From: a virus
Taxonomy: Duplodnaviria; Heunggongvirae; Uroviricota; Caudoviricetes; Peduoviridae
Reading direction: 5' to 3' (one strand)
Length of the DNA stretch: 35,482 bases
IMG/VR virus record: IMGVR_UViG_2529292997_000024
Below are positions 18,611 to 27,759 of the stretch, in pieces. Below the pieces are notes generated by a model that made no database searches, had not been told where the DNA came from, and saw only the letters and a program-made list of their open reading frames with translations. The translations under genes and the position numbers were made by a program. The stretch's first letter is position 1. Each line of letters begins with the position of its first letter.

Positions 18611-19119
18611 CAGATTTGACTCACGATGCAGCGCGGCTTGTCCTGGATGCGCGCCACTGCCCAGCGCATATCCCGCCACAGCTCATCAATGGTGCTGTCA
18701 ATGCTGTCGGCCTTCTTGTCGCCTTTCGCACTGGCATCCACGCCGCGGTAACGCTCATAAAGCGACGCGGTCGCCATCGCACACACGGCGCGCTCGTAGT
18801 AAAAAACTTTGATACTTTCACCGTCGATATCGTCCGCCGGAACGTCCGCCAGACGCGTAAAACCGGCGGCAATTTTCTGTTCGCGGTACTCGTACAGCTC
18901 CGCATTTGTTTCCGCCATGCCTGACTTGATGGCCTCACGCAGACGGGCGGGGGCGACGGTCTGCTCAAGGCGCATACGTTCCCGGACGCGCTTCGGGTCG
19001 ATATCGGGAAAAAAGAACGTGTTTTTAATCACCGGCTCGTCGCCTGCCGGTTGCGGGATGACCACCGTACCCTCACCGGACACGGGAGCCTCCTTTCGCG
19101 GAATAATCAGCGTCATCAT
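18610..19119 (-). CDS. L: Head completion protein L (169 aa)
   Basis: 169 aa from MMTLIIPRK; length and position match P2 gpL. Confidence 0.8.
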   Translation of the reverse strand: MMTLIIPRKEAPVSGEGTVVIPQPAGDEPVIKNTFFFPDIDPKRVRERMRLEQTVAPARLREAIKSGMAETNAELYEYREQKIAAGFTRLADVPADDIDGESIKVFYYERAVCAMATASLYERYRGVDASAKGDKKADSIDSTIDELWRDMRWAVARIQDKPRCIVSQI

Positions 19120-19218
19120 GACTACCTCTGAAAAGTCGGGCGGTGGACGCCGGTGCAGTGTCAGGTGATTCACCCTCACTGACCGGCGTGCCGCCCTGGC
19201 GCGGGGCGCATTCGGTTG

Positions 19219-19962
19219 TTAACTGGCTTTCTTTTTCGGGCGTCCACGTTTTGCCGGTGTCACGCTCCGGGTCTTACGCGGGGCGCGGGTGGCCGCTTTG
19301 GGCTGCGGCTCCGGCTTCGGTTTCAGCTCCCGCTCCAGTCGTTCAATCTCTTTTTTGACGCCTGCCTGACAGTCGAGCTGTGTCGCACGTTGCAGGTGCG
19401 CCAGCGCACCGGCGGCATCACCACCGTCACGCAGAAACAGACCGGTGATTTTGTGCAGCTTTGCGCGCACTTCATCAGGCATGTCAGCCGTGGCGGTCAG
19501 TTCAAGGGTCTCCGTCAGCAGGCGGGTATCCACAGACTCACCGGCAGCGTGGGCGCGCATGGCCGCGAGCGCCACCTCCTCGGTGAACATGTACGGCGGG
19601 GGGCGGCGGTGTTTACCCGGCATGGTCAGACCGTACTTCAGGGCATAACGGGCAATCTCCAGCGCACCGGCAATATCGCCGGTATCCAGACGCCACAGCA
19701 TGACCGTCATCAGAATGTCATCCTGTGCACCTTTGCCCTGCTCCAGCACGCCGTTCACCCACGGCAACCAGAACGGCAGCAGTTCGCGTTTTTTCGCGGC
19801 CTTCAGCTCTTTTGAATAAATCGCTTTCAGTGTGCGCTGGTCTGCGGCGAGCTTAACCAGCATCTGCTCATAGACAGTTGCATGTCGCAGCGGGGCGGCT
19901 TCCCGCTGCGCGGTCATCGCTGCCGAGACCCGCATCATGTGGCGCTGTGCGGGACTCGTCAT
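19219..19962 (-). CDS. M: Terminase small (endonuclease) subunit M (247 aa)
   Basis: Length and position match P2 gpM. Confidence 0.88.
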   Translation of the reverse strand: MTSPAQRHMMRVSAAMTAQREAAPLRHATVYEQMLVKLAADQRTLKAIYSKELKAAKKRELLPFWLPWVNGVLEQGKGAQDDILMTVMLWRLDTGDIAGALEIARYALKYGLTMPGKHRRPPPYMFTEEVALAAMRAHAAGESVDTRLLTETLELTATADMPDEVRAKLHKITGLFLRDGGDAAGALAHLQRATQLDCQAGVKKEIERLERELKPKPEPQPKAATRAPRKTRSVTPAKRGRPKKKAS

Positions 19963-19965
19963 CGG

Positions 19966-21039
19966 TTACGCTCCCGGCTCTGCGGTCGCTTTAGCCAGTG
20001 TGGAGAAATCACCGACCTTAATTTTTTCCACCAGACAACCGGCGGCGTAGTCTTCCACCACGTAATCAATGTTCATTGACTCGTAGTTCTCCACGCGGTC
20101 GAGTTTCGGGTTTTCCTCAATCACGCGGCGATGGCTGTCATCCATGTAGTAGATGGACAGGTTTTCCAGCTTTGTGATGAGCATCGCATCCGCCGGGAAG
20201 TACGGGACGCGTACCGCCGGCAGGTTACCGATGCGTTTCTGGCTGATGATGACGTCAGCGGCCAGCATTTCGCTGTTGTCCTGCTCCTTGTTGACGATGG
20301 GAAAATACTTGTCCGCCAGTAGCTGACGTCCCACAATCACCACAAGGTCAGGGTCTTCCTGATACCACGGCTCAATCAGGTTGTTGGTCGCATCCATCAC
20401 CAGTGCGTCAAGGCTGGCATAATCACCGCCCTTACCCACGCGGATAACCTCAGAGGTGGTGTGCCCTTCCTCGTCAGTGACCTTGCTCATCACGCGCGCC
20501 GGGGCTTCATTGCGGTATTTCTGCAGCCAGCCGACCGCCACATCCTGCAGCATCGGATTACTGTTGCGGTCAGAGGTTTCGGCACGCCTCACGCCGTTAA
20601 AACCGACCATGATTAAATCAAGGGACTGGCGTTTGATAATGGCGTTACGGACACGGAGCTGGAAATCCTGATAACGCGCCCACAGGTCCAGCGTTTTGTA
20701 GCGGATATAAAAATCGAAGTTAATCTGGTCGCATTCGTACTTGTTTGACGCCAGCTTCGAGAAGTCCTTCGGCTGACGCTCGGTGCCACCGGCGGTGTCG
20801 GTGGTGCTGGCGATGGAGCCGGTGACACCGATGCCAATTTTTTCCCCTTTCATTTCGCTGACCGGCACAATATTGATGCGGGTCAGAAAGTCAGAGGACT
20901 CCTGCATGGTGTTCATCAGGGTCTGGGTGACCGACGGTTCAACGGTGAATTTTTTCGACACATCACCGGCGTCGATGCCGTTCAGTTCGGCAACACGGGA
21001 CAGGTAGGCATTAAATTTAAAGCGGGTTTCCTGGCGCAT
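19966..21039 (-). CDS. N: Major capsid protein N (357 aa)
   Basis: Length and position match P2 gpN. Confidence 0.9.
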   Translation of the reverse strand: MRQETRFKFNAYLSRVAELNGIDAGDVSKKFTVEPSVTQTLMNTMQESSDFLTRINIVPVSEMKGEKIGIGVTGSIASTTDTAGGTERQPKDFSKLASNKYECDQINFDFYIRYKTLDLWARYQDFQLRVRNAIIKRQSLDLIMVGFNGVRRAETSDRNSNPMLQDVAVGWLQKYRNEAPARVMSKVTDEEGHTTSEVIRVGKGGDYASLDALVMDATNNLIEPWYQEDPDLVVIVGRQLLADKYFPIVNKEQDNSEMLAADVIISQKRIGNLPAVRVPYFPADAMLITKLENLSIYYMDDSHRRVIEENPKLDRVENYESMNIDYVVEDYAAGCLVEKIKVGDFSTLAKATAEPGA

Positions 21040-21097
21040 AGTTTTTCCTGAAATTAAGGGTTAATCGTGAAGGTTTTCCCGGACTGACTGACGACGG

Positions 21098-21952
21098 TCA
21101 GCAGTTCGTCATCAGGGCATCACCGCCACCGCCGGTGGCCTTGCTGCGGCGCTGCTGGGTCAGACTTTCGGTGTGGTCGAGGCTGTTTTTCAGGCGGGTG
21201 AATGCCTGGCTGGTTTCATCCGCCCTGTCAGTCACATCCTGCTTAAGTGCGGAAAAGGCGGTTTCCATCTCAGCAAGGCGCTGCTCAGTGGCGCTCAGTT
21301 TTTCCTGCACATGCTCAGCGACAGCGGTCACCGCTTCATGCACGTCATTCAGACGGGCGTCATCGCTGGCCTGTTTGCGGCCAAAAATGGATTTCACCTT
21401 TTCGGTCAGGGCTGTGAACACGGTTTCAGGCAGGTCTTCAAATTCCAGCTCAACAGGCGTTGCCACTGAAATCAGGTTTTCAGGGCTTAATTTGAAGCGG
21501 TTCAGAGGGTTGTGTTTTGCCGTGCGGCAGAATTCCAGGTATTCCGTGCCGAGGCTTGCCGGGTCATCGGTGACGGCCAGACCCACCAGATAACATTTGC
21601 CGGTATTGGCAAAGTTCGGCTGAATTTCCATTGAGGTATAGACCTTCTGCGCGGCCTTGTTCATCGCGATAAGGTCATCGGTCGGGGTGATTTTCGCAAA
21701 CAGCGCCCATTTGCCTTTCAGCGCCGAATCATCGTCAATCTTTTCGGCCTTCAGTTCGACCACATCGCCATAACGCTTAAAAATACCGTCAGGCAGGATG
21801 CCGCGCAGATGTTCCAGGTTAATGCGGCAACCATAGACACGCGGGTCAAAGGTTTCGGCCATTTCCTGAATATCCTGCGCACTGATGACACGCCCGTCAC
21901 AGGTGTCACCCTCAACGCCGATACGAAAGAATTTTGAGACTTTTTTTGCCAT
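21098..21952 (-). CDS. O: Capsid scaffolding protein O (284 aa)
   Basis: 284 aa from MAKKVSKFFRIG (ATG at 21952; ORF track extends to 22018). Confidence 0.88.
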   Translation of the reverse strand: MAKKVSKFFRIGVEGDTCDGRVISAQDIQEMAETFDPRVYGCRINLEHLRGILPDGIFKRYGDVVELKAEKIDDDSALKGKWALFAKITPTDDLIAMNKAAQKVYTSMEIQPNFANTGKCYLVGLAVTDDPASLGTEYLEFCRTAKHNPLNRFKLSPENLISVATPVELEFEDLPETVFTALTEKVKSIFGRKQASDDARLNDVHEAVTAVAEHVQEKLSATEQRLAEMETAFSALKQDVTDRADETSQAFTRLKNSLDHTESLTQQRRSKATGGGGDALMTNC

Positions 21953-22125
21953 TGTCAGGAGTCCTGAATAGTGATTAGAGGAGTCACATGTCGGCATCAG
22001 TTTCCCGACGATGCGCATCCTCCGCCATCAGTCCCGGATGGCTTATCACTGACACAACAGCACCTTAGCGAATCGCGGGGCGCGACTCAGTAGCCTTGCC
22101 GTGTATTCATCACGGCGAGGTATTC
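21953..22125. promoter_or_regulatory. Divergent late-promoter region between O (minus) and P (plus); expected Ogr-dependent promoters
   Basis: Inferred from P2 genome organisation only. I found no exact TGT-N12-ACA activator site by eye. A GAGG ribosome-binding site precedes the P start codon. Confidence 0.4.
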
Positions 22126-23898
22126 ATGACCATCACCACAGACACCACTCTTTTACACGACCCGCGTCGTCAGGCGGCGCTGCTGTACTGGCAGGGGTTT
22201 TCCGTGCCGCAGATTGCCGCCATGTTGCAGATGAAACGCCCGACAGTGCAGAGCTGGAAACAGCGCGACGGCTGGGACAACGTTGCCCCCATCAGCCGTG
22301 TCGAAATGAGCCTGGAAGCGCGGCTGACCCAGCTCATCATCAAACCGCAGAAAACCGGCGGTGACTTCAAGGAAATTGACCTGCTGGGACGCCAGATTGA
22401 ACGACTGGCACGGGTAAATCGTTACAGCCAGACCGGCAGCGAGGCAGACCTTAATCCGAACGTCGCTAACCGCAACAAAAGCGGGCGGCGCAAACCGAAA
22501 AAGAATTTTTTCAGTGACGAGGCCATCGAAAAGCTGGAGCAGATTTTCTTTGAGCAGTCTTTCGACTATCAGTTGCACTGGTATCGCGCCGGGCTTGAGC
22601 ACCGCATCCGCGATATCCTGAAATCCCGCCAGATTGGCGCGACGTTTTATTTTTCCCGCGAGGCGCTGCTGCGCGCCCTGAAAACCGGTCATAACCAGAT
22701 TTTTCTGTCGGCCAGTAAAACGCAGGCGTATGTGTTCCGCGAATACATCATTGCCTTTGCCCGGCTGGTTGACGTTGACCTGACCGGTGACCCGATTGTC
22801 CTGGGCAATAACGGTGCAAAACTGATTTTTCTCGGCACCAACTCCAACACCGCACAGAGCCATAACGGCGACCTGTACGTCGATGAGATTTTCTGGATCC
22901 CGAATTTTCAGGTACTGCGTAAGGTGGCATCAGGTATGGCCTCACAGAGTCACCTGCGCTCGACCTATTTCTCCACCCCGTCCACGCTGGCGCACGACGC
23001 CTACCCGTTCTGGTCAGGTGAACTGTTCAACCGGGGACGCGCCAGCGCCGCCGAACGCGTGGAAATCGACGTCAGTCATAACGCCCTTGCCGGTGGGCTT
23101 CTCTGTGCGGACGGCCAGTGGCGGCAGATTGTCACCATTGAGGACGCCCTGAAAGGCGGCTGCACGCTGTTCGACATTGAACAGCTCAAACGCGAAAACA
23201 GCGCCGACGATTTTAAAAACCTGTTCATGTGTGAATTTGTTGACGACAAGGCGTCGGTGTTCCCGTTCGAGGAGCTGCAACGCTGCATGGTCGACACGCT
23301 GGAAGAATGGGAAGACTATGCGCCGTTTGCCGCCAATCCGTTCGGCTCCCGCCCGGTATGGATTGGTTACGACCCGTCACACCGTGGCGACAGCGCCGGA
23401 TGCGTGGTGCTGGCACCACCGGTGGTGGCCGGTGGCAAATTCAGAATACTTGAGCGTCACCAGTGGAAAGGCATGGACTTTGCCACTCAGGCGGAATCCA
23501 TCCGCAAACTCACCGAAAAATACAACGTCGAATACATCGGTATTGATGCCACCGGCCTCGGTGTCGGCGTGTTCCAGCTCGTGCGCTCGTTCTATCCCGC
23601 CGCGCGCGATATCCGCTACACACCGGAAATGAAAACCGCAATGGTGCTCAAGGCAAAAGACGTTATCCGCCGTGGCTGTCTGGAATATGACGTCAGCGCC
23701 ACCGACATCACCAGCTCGTTTATGGCTATCCGAAAGACCATGACCAGCAGCGGACGCAGCGCCACCTATGAGGCCAGTCGCAGCGAGGAAGCCAGCCACG
23801 CCGACCTCGCCTGGGCGACCATGCACGCCCTGTTAAATGAGCCACTCACCGCCGGTATCAGCACCCCGCTGACATCCACCATTCTGGAGTTTTACTGA
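22126..23898 (+). CDS. P: Terminase large (ATPase) subunit P (590 aa)
   Basis: 590 aa from MTITTDTTLLHDP; stop overlaps the Q start (tgatg). Confidence 0.9.
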   Translation: MTITTDTTLLHDPRRQAALLYWQGFSVPQIAAMLQMKRPTVQSWKQRDGWDNVAPISRVEMSLEARLTQLIIKPQKTGGDFKEIDLLGRQIERLARVNRYSQTGSEADLNPNVANRNKSGRRKPKKNFFSDEAIEKLEQIFFEQSFDYQLHWYRAGLEHRIRDILKSRQIGATFYFSREALLRALKTGHNQIFLSASKTQAYVFREYIIAFARLVDVDLTGDPIVLGNNGAKLIFLGTNSNTAQSHNGDLYVDEIFWIPNFQVLRKVASGMASQSHLRSTYFSTPSTLAHDAYPFWSGELFNRGRASAAERVEIDVSHNALAGGLLCADGQWRQIVTIEDALKGGCTLFDIEQLKRENSADDFKNLFMCEFVDDKASVFPFEELQRCMVDTLEEWEDYAPFAANPFGSRPVWIGYDPSHRGDSAGCVVLAPPVVAGGKFRILERHQWKGMDFATQAESIRKLTEKYNVEYIGIDATGLGVGVFQLVRSFYPAARDIRYTPEMKTAMVLKAKDVIRRGCLEYDVSATDITSSFMAIRKTMTSSGRSATYEASRSEEASHADLAWATMHALLNEPLTAGISTPLTSTILEFY

Positions 23899-24932
23899 TG
23901 AGCAAGAAAAAAGGGAAAACACCGCAACCTGCAGCAAAAACAATGACCGCCAGCGCCCCGAAAATGGAGGCGTTCACCTTTGGTGAGCCGGTGCCGGTAC
24001 TCGACCGCCGTGACATTCTGGATTACGTCGAGTGCATCAGTAACGGCAGATGGTATGAGCCGCCAGTCAGCTTTACCGGTCTGGCAAAAAGCCTGCGTGC
24101 TGCCGTGCATCACAGCTCACCGATTTACGTCAAACGTAATATTCTGGCCTCGACATTTATCCCGCATCCGTGGCTTTCCCAGCAGGATTTCAGCCGCTTT
24201 GTGCTGGATTTTCTGGTGTTCGGTAATGCGTTTCTGGAAAAGCGTTACAGCACCACCGGTAAGGTCATCAGACTGGAAACCTCACCGGCAAAATATACCC
24301 GCCGTGGCGTGGAAGAGGATGTTTACTGGTGGGTGCCGTCCTTCCATGAGCCGACACCTTTCGCGCCCGGCTCCGTGTTTCACCTGCTGGAGCCGGATAT
24401 TAATCAGGAGCTGTACGGCCTGCCGGAATATCTCAGCGCCCTTAACTCTGCCTGGCTGAATGAGTCGGCCACGCTGTTCCGCCGCAAGTATTACGAAAAT
24501 GGCGCACATGCCGGATACATCATGTACGTCACCGATGCCGTGCAGGATCGCAACGATATCGAAATGCTTCGCGAAAACATGGTTAAGTCGAAAGGCCGCA
24601 ATAACTTTAAAAATCTGTTTCTCTATGCCCCGCAGGGGAAAGCCGACGGCATTAAAATTATCCCCCTCAGTGAAGTGGCGACGAAGGACGATTTTTTTAA
24701 TATCAAAAAAGCCAGCGCCGCTGACCTGCTGGACGCGCACCGCATCCCCTTTCAGTTGATGGGCGGCAAGCCGGAGAACGTCGGGTCGCTGGGTGATATT
24801 GAGAAAGTGGCAAAGGTCTTTGTCCGCAATGAGCTTATCCCGTTACAGGACAGGATTCGGGAAATAAACGGCTGGCTCGGTCAGGAGGTCATCCACTTTA
24901 AAAACTACTCACTGGACACTGACAACGGCTGA
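23898..24932 (+). CDS. Q: Portal protein Q (344 aa)
   Basis: Length and position match P2 gpQ, adjacent to cos. Confidence 0.9.
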   Translation: MSKKKGKTPQPAAKTMTASAPKMEAFTFGEPVPVLDRRDILDYVECISNGRWYEPPVSFTGLAKSLRAAVHHSSPIYVKRNILASTFIPHPWLSQQDFSRFVLDFLVFGNAFLEKRYSTTGKVIRLETSPAKYTRRGVEEDVYWWVPSFHEPTPFAPGSVFHLLEPDINQELYGLPEYLSALNSAWLNESATLFRRKYYENGAHAGYIMYVTDAVQDRNDIEMLRENMVKSKGRNNFKNLFLYAPQGKADGIKIIPLSEVATKDDFFNIKKASAADLLDAHRIPFQLMGGKPENVGSLGDIEKVAKVFVRNELIPLQDRIREINGWLGQEVIHFKNYSLDTDNG

Positions 24933-24936
24933 ACAT

Positions 24937-24959
24937 CGCCGCCTGCGGGCGGCTTTTTT
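24937..24959 (+). terminator. Rho-independent terminator after Q
   Basis: Stem gccgcc/ggcggc with loop tgcg, followed by tttttt. Confidence 0.7.
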
Positions 24960-25101
24960 ACACCCCGTCATCACGCCCTCACACGCTCACCACCGCACAA
25001 AACACCCCGCAGACACACCAACGCCTCAACGGGCAGACTAAGCGCCGTCACGACGCGCTCAGACGCTGAAAAAATAAAATCAGCACCACCGCCAGCGCGC
25101 A

Positions 25102-25120
25102 GTGCTTTCCCCGCCTCGCC
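25102..25120. other. cos: cos site: 19-nt cohesive-end sequence of P2-type phages
   Basis: gtgctttccccgcctcgcc is the reverse complement of GGCGAGGCGGGGAAAGCAC, the P2 cohesive end as I recall it; lies about 170 bp beyond the Q stop. Confidence 0.75.
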
Positions 25121-25170
25121 CGCCCGCTTCGTGGGGCGGTTTTAATGCAGATGCATGTGAACACTCGAGA

Positions 25171-25200
25171 TTGACTGGATAAGACCTAAGGTGCATTAAT
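25171..25200 (+). promoter_or_regulatory. Candidate sigma70 promoter for the DprA-like/PRTase-like cargo operon
   Basis: -35 TTGACT at 25171-25176 and an extended -10 (tg-c-attaat, about 25192-25200) with 17-18 bp spacing, in AT-rich DNA upstream of 25259. Confidence 0.4.
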
Positions 25201-25258
25201 TTTTTGTTTTTTTACATGCAGTTTGATGCAAGAACATGCCCTCTAAAGTCTTGGTTTA

Positions 25259-26308
25259 ATGTGCTACACTTTTATACAAACCTATGATAAAAGCGATAAA
25301 AAATCTTCCATTTTGGCGAACATTATGACGGATATTGAAACAGCTCGATGGAACACAGAAAGTGCCGCTTTGTTGGCACTATCAGAAATACATGGCGTTA
25401 GTTATTGGACTCTATATAAAGTTGCTCAAAAGGGAATCAGATTTAGAGACATTGTTACCAGCCAAACATTAGCCAACTTTGAGTATCTACTTGGAGTAAA
25501 ACTTCATCGCCAACCTTATTATTTGAATGAAGGCAATTGGTCTGTTTTTCGGGACAGCATGATTTCTACGGCTAAAATATTACTCACACATTATCATAAT
25601 AGTGGTTACAAAATCATCCACCATGGTTCTCCGAGCTATCCAGACAAGTTGAATGACCTGTCTGAGCCGCCTTTCTGGTTGTTTGCTCAAGGCAATGTAT
25701 CCTTGCTAGATAAAAAGTGTGTTGGAGTTGTCGGCACCAGAAACCCAACCGCACTTGGAATTTATTTAACTCAAGCAGTAATCTCGCAATTTATAGATTC
25801 GGATTATTCAACTGTAAGCGGTTTAGCATATGGTATAGATCAATCTGCACATGAAGCATCCCTGTTATTTAAAATACCGACAATTGCTGTGTTAGGTACT
25901 GGCGTAAACTCAAATTATCCCAAAAATAGTGGCGAGATGAGAGGCCATATTGTAAATAATGGCGGACTGATTCTTACTGAGTATTTACCAAACCAAAAAC
26001 CATCACAGGAAAACTTTGTTCGTAGAAATAGAATTCAAGCAGCTTTAAGTGATGTATTGATCCCAGTTGAATGGGGCCTAAAAAGTGGGACATCTCATAC
26101 TGTGAGATATGCTGCTCAATTAAAAAGAGCGATACTTTGTCCTTTACTTAGGGGAACTACACCTCAAGAAGAGATTAAACATGCCTTGTCAGAGTACTCA
26201 GCTACGATAATGAATATTCCACTATCCGATTTTAAAGACGTGCAAAGCTTAATTAAATCAGCATCCGGTGTAAAAACACAGCAACTTTCTCTTCTGGGAG
26301 ATGAATAA
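25259..26308 (+). CDS. DprA/Smf-like (DNA processing protein A fold) protein; ShosA-like candidate
   Basis: Rossmann-type DprA motifs CVGVVGTRNPTALG, SGLAYGIDQSAHEA, IAVLGTGVNSNYP, LILTEYLP and NFVRRNRIQAALSD; AT-rich; start could instead be the ATG at 25325. Confidence 0.7.
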   Translation: MCYTFIQTYDKSDKKSSILANIMTDIETARWNTESAALLALSEIHGVSYWTLYKVAQKGIRFRDIVTSQTLANFEYLLGVKLHRQPYYLNEGNWSVFRDSMISTAKILLTHYHNSGYKIIHHGSPSYPDKLNDLSEPPFWLFAQGNVSLLDKKCVGVVGTRNPTALGIYLTQAVISQFIDSDYSTVSGLAYGIDQSAHEASLLFKIPTIAVLGTGVNSNYPKNSGEMRGHIVNNGGLILTEYLPNQKPSQENFVRRNRIQAALSDVLIPVEWGLKSGTSHTVRYAAQLKRAILCPLLRGTTPQEEIKHALSEYSATIMNIPLSDFKDVQSLIKSASGVKTQQLSLLGDE

Positions 26309-26309
26309 T

Positions 26310-27584
26310 ATGTATTTAAAGGCAGTTATATTTTCAATCGCAGATGTTGTATTACCATTAACATCTAACACTCAACCTCAGGAACTAAAATCTAGAATCG
26401 ACTCTGAATTACGTAAGTTGTTTGCGTTTTTGTCATCAAAAGGGATTAAAGTTATCTTCTTGACAAATAAAAATAGAAACGTGAGAACACATGACGGGAT
26501 CGTAACACTAGACGAATACCTAAAAAGGAAATTCCCAGAATCAATTCACTTTTGCCGTGAACTCGACAACAACATACCAGCAAAACAAACAGGGAAGGCC
26601 ATAGATTTCATCATGGCTGCGTTAGAATTAAAACGAAACGAAATGATCTATGTAGGGCGTTCTCAGGAAGACTTACAAGCAGCTACCAACGGGAATACCC
26701 TATTTATTAATGCGACCTGGTATGAACCGGTTACTGAGTACGGTTTTCAATTTTCAGAACCCAAAGAAATCGCTAGATTTATTGATGTCTTTTGCTTAAG
26801 AGAGCAGTTGTGGGGATGGCAAGGGCATTTTAATGAAGATGTTCACTACTACGCCTTAGCACCATTTAGCACATATGTCCCTGAATTTACAATGTATTCA
26901 GCCAATGCAAGAGACCTCGCAAAGCTATCGGTTGGAAGCCCCGATTTTTGGATAAGATATCTTGGTGCTAGCATTTATTTCTCTGGCTTAAGTGAAGGAG
27001 CAAGTTTTATAACCACCTACGTTGGACATAACGCTGAAGATCCTTATAAACTAGCAAACATTATGGAGCATGACCTAAAAGGTTTAGCAGTCTCATTCAA
27101 AGGAAAGTATCTAAAAGATCTATTCTTACGACATACAACAGCTATTAAATCACAGCAAGCTCGGATAGCTAAGCAAGAAGTAAACATCACATCTCAAATA
27201 AACACCGTTAATTTAAATCCTGCCCCTATTAAAAACCTCATCACCGGCGAAAGATATACCAACCCTCCTAAATTGAAAGGTAAGAAAATATTAGTTATTG
27301 ATGATTTTTGCACTGAAGGAAATGCTCATGAAACAGCCAGAATGTATCTAAAAGCTGCAGGCGCAAATGTAATAAATATATCGTGGTTAAAAACCATCAA
27401 TCGTGACGTTTCTATCTGTGAACCAACTCGCAAGATACGGCCATGGGAGGCCAATACACTTGATGTTGATGACATTAACTATGTCGGTACGATTGGTTAT
27501 GCTGAAAATGTAACTCACGGTAGTGCACCTCAAGTGTTATCAGAAAAAATTCAACAATATGATAACTGGGACTGGCCACAATAA
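26310..27584 (+). CDS. PRTase-like (phosphoribosyltransferase-type PRPP-binding motif) protein with a large N-terminal region; ShosT-like candidate
   Basis: C-terminal KKILVIDDFCTEGNAHETA resembles the type I PRTase PRPP loop. Start set at the ATG at 26310, which has a GGGAG Shine-Dalgarno with 9-nt spacing (alternative ATG at 26301 overlaps the upstream gene by 8 nt). Confidence 0.7.
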   Translation: MYLKAVIFSIADVVLPLTSNTQPQELKSRIDSELRKLFAFLSSKGIKVIFLTNKNRNVRTHDGIVTLDEYLKRKFPESIHFCRELDNNIPAKQTGKAIDFIMAALELKRNEMIYVGRSQEDLQAATNGNTLFINATWYEPVTEYGFQFSEPKEIARFIDVFCLREQLWGWQGHFNEDVHYYALAPFSTYVPEFTMYSANARDLAKLSVGSPDFWIRYLGASIYFSGLSEGASFITTYVGHNAEDPYKLANIMEHDLKGLAVSFKGKYLKDLFLRHTTAIKSQQARIAKQEVNITSQINTVNLNPAPIKNLITGERYTNPPKLKGKKILVIDDFCTEGNAHETARMYLKAAGANVINISWLKTINRDVSICEPTRKIRPWEANTLDVDDINYVGTIGYAENVTHGSAPQVLSEKIQQYDNWDWPQ

Positions 27585-27600
27585 ATTAATCCCATAATTT

Positions 27601-27630
27601 AAAGTGCCCCCTAATAATGGGAGGCACTTT
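27601..27630. terminator. Hairpin between the convergent PRTase-like gene and gene A; possible bidirectional terminator
   Basis: aaagtgccccc / gggaggcacttt inverted repeat flanked by A/T runs; the U-tract is weak in both directions. Confidence 0.4.
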
Positions 27631-27759
27631 AAATATTAAGAAGATAATGTCATTAAGCGAAATTTAACTATAATTTAAAACATTACAATTATTATTTTTT
27701 AAAGTTTACTATTACCCAATCCATCAATAAGACCTGTATTTATTCGTAATTTAATAGCC

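Noticed and set aside
21953-22125. Exact Ogr-type TGT-N12-ACA activator site in the O/P divergent promoter region
   Set aside because: I searched by eye and found only partial matches, so I report the region as regulatory by position and assert no specific binding site.
22153-22863. 236-aa ORF antisense to the terminase gene P
   Set aside because: It lies wholly inside a well-supported conserved gene on the opposite strand, has a Gly/Ala/Arg/Val-rich composition typical of antisense frames in GC-rich coding DNA, and has no start or ribosome-binding-site context.
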